A DNA stretch of 64,000 nucleotides from Amoebidium appalachense (lineage: Eukaryota; Protista; Ichthyosporea): the NCBI GenBank assembly GCA_963693365.1, contig CAVNZM010000002.1, forward strand, positions 1,178,001 through 1,242,000. The letters are read 5' to 3'. Below are positions 53,778 through 64,000 of this stretch, one piece after another; position 1 is the stretch's first letter; each line of letters begins with the position of its first letter. Under the pieces are notes generated by a model. It had not been told where the DNA came from and did not search any database. It saw nothing but the letters and a program-made list of their open reading frames with translations. The translations under genes and the position numbers were made by a program.

Positions 53778-54419
53778 TGTCGTATCCTAATGTATGTGTA
53801 CTAGAGACGCGGCACTCTACTAAGTGTACACACACGAAAAGGAACGAACGTGTACAGAAAAACGGTGAAGTTTATTCAGACCAGGCTCCGACGGGCAAAC
53901 TTAGATCCGAACGGAATGAGTCTAAGTTACGACTGAGGCCATCAAGGCCGTGCCCTCAAAGATCATCATCACCTGGCCCCCTACGATGCCACATTCCATT
54001 AACATTCCGATCTACTTTTATCGTGCGCCTGCACGAGCTAAGTCGATCTACTCAACTAATATATTTATCCAAGTCTCACCCCTCACCCTCCCCCTAGTGG
54101 CACCGCAGAGTCTAAATCTACATTTCATACTATCCTCCCCCCCCCCTCCCTCCCCCCCTTTCCTCTACATCTACATATATAAATACGTTTGGCAACATAC
54201 ACTATCTAACCTTGCCAATACTTACAAAAGGGCTTCTGCCCGAACAATCACATTCCTAAGTCCTCCTACGATCTATCCTACACACTAATTAGAATTCTAT
54301 TGGACGGCTGTCCCGGCTGACGTGGTCCAATGCCCTGCGCCGGCAGAGGCAAGATGCACGCAGCTGTACAGCTATCTTGAGGCCCCGGACTTGATCTTGA
54401 TGATCTGTGGACCCGGGCC

Positions 54420-54451
<32 letters not shown>

Positions 54452-54560
54452 ATCTCGATCGTAGACTTAGGCTAATCTGCTGAGACGGATTAGTATATGT
54501 CAACTCCCCCCCCGGCCCCCGGAAAAGCTGAGTCCCACCTCAGTCACATTACATCTAACA
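53778..54560 (-). repeat. 3' LTR of copy 1 (~783 bp)
   Basis: TGTCGTATCC...ATCTAACA, repeated at 61764-62539. Confidence 0.9.
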
Positions 54561-54706
54561 CCCCCTAAAAAGACATAGACTAATCAGTCTCCTAAAAAAA
54601 AATTAAATTAAATAAATTACGAAGAAAAATAATAAATTAATCTACACCATAAGCTTGATACCTACGGAGACACCTATGATAATAAATTAAATTCCTACGA
54701 CTACGT

Positions 54707-57700
54707 TCACACTCCTCCTCGGTCTCCTCCCCCTCCCTCCCCCTCCCCCCGTGTGTCTACGTGTATTTGCATCACTCCCCCCCCGGCCCCCTCCCCCACC
54801 GACTTTTTCACACCACGATTAAACTGAGGAATAACTCTCTTTGGCCGAGAGGGCCCGGGAGCACTAGGCAACTCCCTCTGCACTAATCTAGCCTCATAAG
54901 CACGAATAGAAAACGGGCAATCCAAATGAAACTCAGGCAACCACTGATCTTCCTGATAACCTCCCTCAAAACGAATTAAATAATAATTTACCTTACCTTC
55001 CTTACCTTCGATAACCTTTTTATCCATAATTTTATCTACTGCAGCCTCCGATACATCCACCGACCCGTCATAGTCGGGGGTGAATGCATCTAACACTCGA
55101 CGGCCCTCCGGCCGTTTAACCCTAAGGGCCCTATCATAATATTCCTTTATATCATCTACATTATAAAATCTAACATCACTCTCATTATCTAACCTCTGCA
55201 CCTTATATTCCGTCGGACCTAACCTAGCCACTATTTTATACGGGCCAATGAAAAGAGGCAACCATTTCTTACCATACTTACGAAGACCTTCACCTTCACC
55301 CTTACCTTCCTGCTCCTGCTTATATCTCTTTTTCCTAGTATGATCCCTAATTAAAACTAAAGTACCCTCGGCAAATTCACGTAACGGACGTGTGGACACG
55401 TCTGCACGTGTCTGTGCCTGCTGTGTACGGGCCAGAGCTGCATCACGTGCAGCCCGGGCCCGGGTTAGTAGCTGCTCCCGGAACTCAGTCCAGTGGGGAT
55501 AGGTTAGTCGGTCAGCCCCCCCCATCGGCAAAAGTGCCGTATCTAACAACCTAATAGCCTCCTGCCCATAGACCAAATAAAACGGAGAAAAACCAGTCAC
55601 AGCATGAGGGGTAGAATTATATGAATGAGCAATAAACCTAGACATATGATCCCAATCATTAGCCTCCACATCCACCATTTTGCCAAAGGACTTCTGAAAC
55701 ACTGCATGCACACGTTCAGACTCTGAGATGGCATTTGCTTGAGGGTGATATGCAGACGTAGTGATATGAGCTACCCTTAAAATTTTACACACCTCCGACA
55801 CCAACTGATTTAAAAACACACGACTCCTATCCGTTAACAAAACACGAGGACAACCAAACCTAAGACAAATTTCATCCACAAAAATACGAGCAAACAAAAC
55901 GGCATTAGCAGTGGGGAGAGGAAAAACTTCAACCCAACGAGTGGCCACATCGGTGACGGTAACAAGAACAGTGTTACCCTCAACCGTAGAATTAAAAGGA
56001 CCGACCACATCCACTGCTACCCTTTCAAACATACGAACATTAAAATCCCTAATAAACGACGGGCGGGAACGAGAGTGGGGACTCTCATTCCTTTCCTGAC
56101 AATGCATGCATGACAACACATAATCCCTCACCTCCCTACTCATACCCGGCCAAAAATACGAACGATTAACACGAAGCAACGTCCTATTTACACCTAAATG
56201 ACCAGCCATGGGATGCTCATGCACCATATGCAAAACCTCAGGCACAAGTGCCGTCGGGACCCAAACTCGGTGTCCGTCTGGCCCAGACAATGATAAACTA
56301 AATCCTGCTCTACCTGACACATTTTTGCTAACTTAGCTACCTTAATCATCTGCCTTTTATTTTTAAATTTAATCGAATCAACCGGCCCCTTTAAATAATT
56401 CTTAACCAGACCAATCAACACATCTTCCTCCTGAGCTAAGATCAAAGCCGTAGGTGCTAAGGCAGGGGCCGAGCCATGAGACTCGGTCCCGACCTCAGAC
56501 ACTGACAAATACCTCCCCCCCCCCTCCCCTACACTTATAAGCAAGCAACCCCGGAGCCCAAGAAGAAACATCAACATACACAGCATCTATTCCTTTCTGC
56601 TCACTCTCCCCCCCTTCCCCCCTCCCCCCCCGTCTCTCACTAGCCCCCCCCTCCCCCTCCTTCTCTTCTTCAAACAAAATATAAGCAGCACGAGAGAGAG
56701 CATCACAGTCAACCATTGTTTCACCCTTGGCATAAAACAATTTATAGGAGAACTCACCGAGAGCCGCGGCCCACTTCTGCATCCTCTCGTTGACCAGACG
56801 AGTGGTGCCGGCCATGGCTAGGCAGGGCTTGTGGTCGGTGTAGACCTCAAACGTCCTGCCTGCGAGTATATACCTCCATGCCTGTGAGACTGCCCAAAAG
56901 ATAGCATGGGACTCTCTCTCCGGATTGCTATATCTACGTTCACTTTTACTAAATGAACGACTAGCATAAGCAATCACTCTATCCTGCCCCTCCTGCACTT
57001 GATATAACACGGCCCCCTCAGCAACCTTACTTGCATCACACCGAACTTTAAACATCCCCCCCCCGGCCGAAAAATCAGGATGAACAAGCATACTCGAAGA
57101 CTGCAAAGCTAACTTAAGCTTTTCGAAAGCAGAAACAGCATCAACATTCCAATCTATTCTATTCTTCTTCTCCCCCCCGTCTGACTAGTTAACGGCAAAG
57201 CAAGCATACTATAATCCTTAATATAACGACGAAGATAATTAGTTAAACCTAAAAATTGCCTTAGTTGAGTGACAGTCTGAGGACGGGGCCACTCAACTAT
57301 GGCCCGGATTTTCTCCGGATCAGGGGCAAGACCATTACTAGACACAATATGACCTAAAAACTTAACCTCCGGCACACCAATCACAGTCTTGCTACCGCTA
57401 ATACGAAGACCAGACTCACCCAAAGCTAAAAATACTTTTTCACAATTATTAACTAACTCCTCAAATGACCTACCTTTAATTAAAACATCATCCAAATAAG
57501 GGTGGCATACATCCAAATGAGGGTGGAGAATTTTATACATTACCCGGCACAACATAGCTGGAGAGGAGAGCAAACCCATCGGCACCACCTTGTACTGGAA
57601 CAGCTGGTCACCCAGTGCAAAGGCAGTCTTCTCCTTGCTGCTCTCCTCCAACCTTATCTGCCAAAAAGCTGCTTTTAAATCAAGTTTAGCAAAGTGAGTA

Positions 57701-59943
57701 TAGCCGTGCAGCTGTGAAAGCTGCTCGTCTATGTTAGGGAGAGGCCATTGGTCTGCCTTAGTGATCCGATTCAGAGCCCTGTAATCGTTCACTAGACGCC
57801 AAGACCCGTCGGGCTTCTTAACCAATAGCACCGGACTTCTCCACGGACTCGAACTATGCTCCACATGACCCTTTTTTAACATATCACTCACTATTATTAG
57901 CGCATCCGACAATTTATACTGCTCCATTCTATAGCTAGGCATCACTACCGGCCTATTATCACCTGTGTCGATCTGCATTTCAAACCCTTTAACGAAGCCT
58001 ACTTCGTTATCATCGGCCAGAAATGCAAACCGAGTCCTATCAAATAACTTAGCTAGCAATTTTTTCTGTTCTACCGTCCAATCCCCGTCCTTCATACCAA
58101 ACGGCAATACTAACTCCGGGTTACCCCCATCACAAGTGGATGCATCCTTATTCACCGGAGTGCCACTTAACATTTCACTGGCACCTCCTGTATTACATCG
58201 GTGCTGCTCGGGGTGAGGTTGAGGTACCTCCGGATATAGGCGGTCACCCTTAGCACCCCCCCTCCCCCCGGCACACCAATGCCCTCGGGCAATTCCTGAT
58301 GAGTTAGTGCATGTATGTGGGGGGCCAGGTCTGTGGCCACCCTGCCCCCCACGGTGTTGGTTAACCCGTCAGATCCACGGGTTAGACCAACACCCTCCCC
58401 CCCTGCCTGCACATTCTCACACCCGGGGTGACCCTCCTTCCTCTTGGGGGTCGGGGGAGTGGGACCGGTGCTGTCCCGGTCCCCCCCCCCATCGTGTCGG
58501 GTGACATTTTGGTGGCTAACGTTAAATAAAGTTGTTCCCCCTCCTCCTGAGTCACCCTTCGAGCCGGCATCCTCCTTTTGGGTAATAAGAGAGACCTCTA
58601 TACTACCAATCTCATTAGTGAAACTACCGACGGAAACACCTGACCTAATCACTATAGGCTCGATCCCCGGATTCACTAATTCTATTTCTATTGTCTTATC
58701 CGGCCATACCCTACTAAGGGTCCATTGGGCCACCTCCTGAAATGGGGTTTTCGGAGTAAAAACCCCTAAATCCCCTATCCTAACATGATTGCCGGCCCGG
58801 ACACGTACCGTTTGGCACTGATAAGGCTCGATTACTACTTCAGCTACCGTTCTAGCACCAGACTGATAACCGTCGAGCCCATCATGGGTTTTAATTTTAA
58901 CGCCAGACTGCAATTCTAAAACATTGGTACGTTCAAACAAAGCATTCACATGTCTACGGAAAAATGGGGCTCCCAACAAAACACTTTGAGCTAAATCCTT
59001 AACCACATAACAAGCAATATGCACAGCCTGGCCACCTATCTCACACGGCAACACACAAACACCTTCCACAGACATACTACTATTATTAGCACTACCTAAG
59101 GCTGTGCTAGAAGCATCTAAAATAGGAATTTCCCCCCCGGCCTGATTAAAACGACGAATAAACGAAGCATGCACACAATTAACCTGAGCCCCTCCATCGA
59201 GCAAAGCAACAGCCTTCAACTTACCATCAGCTAACCATACGTCTATATAATGCCGGCTAAAACCAACTAAATCCTCCTCCAATTCAAGCAACACATCATC
59301 ACTCACACCCAATCCCTGCCCACGAAGACTCACACCCTCGATACCTACGTGCAACATACCTACCTGTGGTGCCTGCACGGGTGGGGTGGGGTGTGTATGT
59401 GGTGTGGGTGGTGGTGGAGTGTGTGTGTGTGATGTGTGGGTGGGTGGTGTGTGTGTGTTTGGTGTATGTGTGGGTGTGTGTGTGGGTGTAGGTGTGTCTG
59501 CAACCGTCGTATGTTGTTGTGGTGGTGTGTTTCTACGTGTCTGTGCCTTCCCCCCCCTTCCCCCTTTACTCGTGTGTGTCCCCCCCCCCTCCCGGAAACA
59601 ATGGCACAGAAACCCCCTCCGGTGTGGTTAGAACAAACACCGGGTTGGGACAAGAAACACTGAGACCATCCACTTGTGGCTGGGGAACCTCCCCCAACCA
59701 CAAAACATTCACACCATTCATACCTTTGGTAGAGTCACCCCACAAACATTCATGCCATACCACCTCGACGCTGTCTTGAGGGCCCACGACGATGCCCGGC
59801 TCCCACACGTATCGGGGCGGTGAGGGGGCAAAGGGAAGCTTAACCTGGGGTGGGGGAGGGTGAAGGTTCTCTGCAACCTGGGGGGGACCGATACTGTCCC
59901 CCCCCCCTCCCTCAGTGACCCCAGCTTCCCCCTCCCCCGGAAC
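54707..59943 (-). pseudogene. pol: pol polyprotein (protease, RT, RNase H, integrase, chromodomain), frameshifted
   Basis: Protease ALLDGGAQVN. RT SPVLLVKKPDGSWRLVNDYRALN, KLDLKAAFWQ, YLDD. RNase H CDAS...YTDH...DALSR. Integrase HHCC, VAVDVVGP, TD, SER, then GPY and a chromodomain. The sequence is split over several reading frames. Confidence 0.93.
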
Positions 59944-61278
59944 TCAATAGCTCTTGTAACTACGGCAATATGCAGCAGAGTGCCCTTGCCGGCCACAAAA
60001 GTAACATGCACCAAAGAAGGGGCCAGGGGGGACTTCAAAACCTTGGCGCAAAGCATAACCGGGAGCCCGGTCATGCTGGGGGGGCCCACCGTGTGCACCA
60101 CGGCCCCCCATTCCCCCCTGCCCCCCTCGGCCTCTCTCACCACCATTTCCACCCCTCCCTCTACCCTGCCCACCACCACGAGCAAGATAAGGGGCAAACC
60201 TCTCGGTGAACTGCTGCTGTTGTCCTCCACGTCCACCTCGGCCACGACCGCCGTGTCCACCCCGGTCGCCGCCTCGGCCACCCCGGAAGCCGAAGCCCCC
60301 TCGGCCAGAGAAGACGGCCTGGGAGAGCTCGGCAACCTGCTTGACCAACATGGTGAGTGCATCTGGCTGTTCACCCTCTTTTTTCTCTTTTTCCCCCTTC
60401 TGTCCACTCTACTTCTTTTTCTTGTCTACTTCCATCACCTCCTTTTTATCCCTCTTATTGAACTTCACCTCGTGCATGGCAAGCAAGTGACGTTTAACAT
60501 GCAACACCACCTCATCTACATCATCATGCTCCCCAAACATGCGTGCAGTGTCTGTGTTTACAGAGAGAGCCTTACGAGCAAACTCGAATTTTTCCCTATC
60601 ACTCACGTCACCAGCTAACTCACAAAGGTCTTCAAAGACCCGATATTCCCTCTCAAAGAATGCACGAGCTTCTACGGGGGACATATCTAAAGTGGGAAAG
60701 GTATACTTCCATTCTCTGAGCTGGGCCCGGAAGGTACGGCGCCGGTCGGCCGTCAGGTATCGGCCGACGAGCCGGGCCGTATACTCGAGCTCGTTTTCCG
60801 GCCGTGTGAAGGCCTCGAGCTCCCCGTCCACGTCGTCGGTGCTGTTCTCGTCCTCGTCGTCGGGGATGAACCGTGCGGCCAGACGTTTCTGGCCGAGCGT
60901 CCGGGACACCATCTCGTCCCTCCCCTCGTCGTACTGCTGCTCGTATATACGAGCCGTCACCTGGGGGGCCTGCTCGGCCCGGTACGGGTGCTCCTCCATC
61001 AGGGTGCATAAGTCGGCCATTGTTTTGTGGTCGATGCACTGTTTGATCATTAGGCACGAGGCCGCCACAGTGGGGGCCTTCTTTGTGTCTAACACTAGTG
61101 TGGGTGTGTTAGCTAGGAGTGTCCTAAGCCACCTAGGTATTTCCGAGTCGTGTTTGAGTATAAAACTGAAAGCTGTGGTCTGTCTAACGTCTAGTGTATG
61201 AACCTGTGGTACCTGTGTGTGCAGGGAGCTATCCTCCGCTGCCAATGCGTAGAACATGTCTACGTTAAACTTAGCCAT
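59944..61278 (-). CDS. gag: gag with RGG repeats and a CCHC zinc knuckle; contains an in-frame TAG at 60409-60411
   Basis: ATG at 61278 (MAKFNV...). The frame continues through the TAG into SGQKGEKEKK...RGG repeats...CYFCGRQGHSAAYC. Confidence 0.8.
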
Positions 61279-61433
61279 TGTGTGGTGTGTGCCCGAACTC
61301 GTGTGGTTGTGTTTATGTTTTTTTTTTTTTTTTTTTTTTTTTGTGTGTTTGAGGTGTAGCAACAGCCCAGAAGGAACTGTCAGTCACCGCGTTACCCTAG
61401 CGCGAAAAACCGCACTAAAAGAAAGGTGTAGCT

Positions 61434-61763
61434 TGTCGTATCCTAATGTATGTGTACTAGAGACGCGGCACTCTACTAAGTGTACACACACGAAAAGGAA
61501 CGAACGTGTACAGAAAAACGGTGAAGTTTATTCAGACCAGGCTCCGACGGGCAAACTTAGATCCGAACGGAATGAGTCTAAGTTACGACTGAGGCCATCA
61601 AGGCCGTGCCCTCAAAGATCATCATCACCTGGCCCCCTACGATGCCACATTCCATTAACATTCCGATCTACTTTTATCGTGCGCCTGCACGAGCTAAGTC
61701 GATCTACTCAACTAATATATTTATCCAAGTCTCACCCCTCACCCTCCCCCTAGTGGCACCGCA
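61434..61763 (-). repeat. Partial 5' LTR of copy 1 (U5 side)
   Basis: Identical, as far as I can read, to 53778-54107; cut after ...GGCACCGCA. Confidence 0.9.
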
Positions 61764-64000
61764 TGTCGTATCCTAATGTATATGTACTAGAGACGCGGCA
61801 CTCTACTAAGTGTACACACACGAAAAGGAACGAACGTGTACAGAAAAACGGTAAAGTTTATTCAGACCAGGCTCCGACGGGCAAACTTAGATCCGTACGA
61901 AATGAGTCTAAGTTACGACTGAGGCCATCAAGGCCGTGCCCTCAAAGATCATCATCACCTGGCCCCCTACGATGCCACATTCCATTAACATTCCGATCTA
62001 CTTTTATCGTGCGCCTGCACGAGCTAAGTCGATCTACTCAACTAATATATTTATCCAAGTCTCACCCCTCACCCTCCCCCTAGTGGCACCGCAGAGTCTA
62101 AATCTACATTTCATACTATCCTCCCCCCCCCTCCCTCCCCCCCTTTCCTCTACATCTACATATATAAATACGTTTGGCAACATACACTATCTAACCTTGC
62201 CAATACTTACAAAAGGGCTTCTGCCCGAACAATCACATTCCTAAGTCCTCCTACGATCTATCCTACACACTAATTAGAATTCTATTGGACGGCTGTCCCG
62301 GCTGACGTGGTCCAATGCCCTGCGCCGGCAGAGGCAAGATGCACGCAGCTGTACAGCTATCTTGAGGCCCCGGACTTGATCTTGATGATCTGTGGACCCG
62401 GGCCACCCCCCCCCCCCCCCCCCCCCCCGATCTCGATCGTAGACTTAGGCTAATCTGCTGAGACGGATTAGTATATGTCAACTCCCCCCCCCGGCCCCCG
62501 GAAAAGCTGAGTCCCACCTCAGTCACATTACATCTAACACCCCCTAAAAAGACATAGACTAATCAGTCTCCTAAAAAAAAATTAAATTAAATAAATTACG
62601 AAGAAAAATAATAAATTAATCTACACCATAAGCTTGATACCTACGGAGACACCTATGATAATAAATTAAATTCCTACGACTACGTTCACACTCCTCCTCG
62701 GTCTCCTCCCCTCCCTCCCCCTCCCCCCGTGTGTCTACGTGTATTTGCATCACTCCCCCCCCCGGCCCCCTCCCCCACCGACTTTTTCACACCACGATTA
62801 AACTGAGGAATAACTCTCTTTGGCCGAGAGGGCCCGGGAGCACTAGGCAACTCCCTCTGCACTAATCTAGCCTCATAAGCACGAATAGAAAACGGGCAAT
62901 CCAAATGAAACTCAGGCAACCACTGATCTTCCTGATAACCTCCCTCAAAACGAATTAAATAATAATTTACCTTACCTTCCTTACCTTCGATAACCTTTTT
63001 ATCCATAATTTTATCTACTGCAGCCTCCGATACATCCACCGACCCGTCATAGTCGGGGGTGAATGCATCTAACACTCGACGGCCCTCCGGCCGTTTAACC
63101 CTAAGGGCCCTATCATAATATTCCTTTATATCATCTACATTATAAAATCTAACATCACTCTCATTATCTAACCTCTGCACCTTATATTCCGTCGGACCTA
63201 ACCTAGCCACTATTTTATACAGGCCAATGAAAAGAGGCAACCATTTCTTACCATACTTACGAAGACCTTCACCTTCACCCTTACCTTCCTGCTCCTGCTT
63301 ATATCTCTTTTTCCTAGTATGATCCCTAATTAAAACTAAAGTACCCTCGGCAAATTCACGTAACGGACGTGTGGACACGTCTGCACGTGTCTGTGCCTGC
63401 TGTGTACGGGCCAGAGCTGCATCACGTGCAGCCCGGGCCCGGGTTAGTAGCTGCTCCCGGAACTCAGTCCAGTGGGGATAGGTTAGTCGGTCAGCCCCCC
63501 CCATCGGCAAAAGTGCCGTATCTAACAACCTAATAGCCTCCTGCCCATAGACCAAATAAAACGGAGAAAAACCAGTCACAGCATGAGGGGTAGAATTATA
63601 TGAATGAGCAATAAACCTAGACATATGATCCCAATCATTAGCCTCCACATCCACCATTTTGCCAAAGGACTTCTGAAACACTGCATGCACACGTTCAGAC
63701 TCTGAGATGGCATTTGCTTGAGGGTGATATGCAGACGTAGTGATATGAGCTACCCTTAAAATTTTACACACCTCCGACACCAACTGATTTAAAAACACAC
63801 GACTCCTATCCGTTAACAAAACACGAGGACAACCAAACCTAAGACAAATTTCATCCACAAAAATACGAGCAAACAAAACGGCATTAGCAGTGGGGAGAGG
63901 AAAAACTTCAACCCAACGAGTGGCCACATCGGTGACGGTAACAAGAACAGTGTTACCCTCAACCGTAGAATTAAAAGGACCGACCACATCCACTGCTACC
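61764..64000 (-). mobile_element. Ty3/gypsy chromovirus copy 2 (3' LTR 61764-62539 plus integrase/chromodomain end), runs off the window
   Basis: Near-identical to 53778-56020, with a few substitutions including GPY->GLY. Confidence 0.95.

Larger units (their letters stand above)
53778..61763 (-). mobile_element. Ty3/gypsy chromovirus LTR retrotransposon, copy 1 (full gag-pol, 5' LTR interrupted)
   Basis: 3' LTR 53778-54560 with an adjacent PPT (TTTTTAGGGGG on minus). Domain order gag-PR-RT-RH-INT-chromo. The first 330 bp of the other LTR lie at 61434-61763. Confidence 0.95.

Noticed and set aside
59860-61201. Long plus-strand ORFs over gag
   Set aside because: Antisense shadows of the GC-rich gag frame.
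61764-64000. Second Ty3 copy as an assembly duplication
   Set aside because: It carries private substitutions, whereas the two LTR pieces of copy 1 match each other, and the junction is exactly at an LTR TG terminus.

Overview
This is eukaryotic genomic DNA with GT-AG introns packed with (CA)n/(GT)n, (CT)n and poly-C/poly-G runs, so most ORFs in the supplied track are microsatellite artefacts. A tyrosine kinase with the HRDIAARN signature together with a 7TM-RGS fusion points to a unicellular holozoan, probably an ichthyosporean (inference). Genes assembled by hand from splice sites: an uncharacterised minus-strand gene (~1.6-8.7 kb), a complete 5-exon Maf pyrophosphatase (9781-15493), a class-3 lipase pseudogene (18.2-20.9 kb), a 7TM-RGS receptor (24189-27588), a receptor tyrosine kinase pseudogene (29.8-35.5 kb) and a multi-exon gene resembling Fanconi anaemia protein FANCC (39598-51501). 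Mobile DNA: a 5'-truncated LINE with a 16-bp target-site duplication (TSD) plus an inverted short copy; a 2-kb mini LTR element retaining only the integrase tail and chromodomain; a hAT MITE with an 8-bp TSD; and a nest in which a Ty3/gypsy chromovirus sits in a LINE and a second copy sits in its 5' LTR. All protein calls come from motif recognition by eye; no searches were run. Several frameshifts fall in homopolymers and may be assembly errors.
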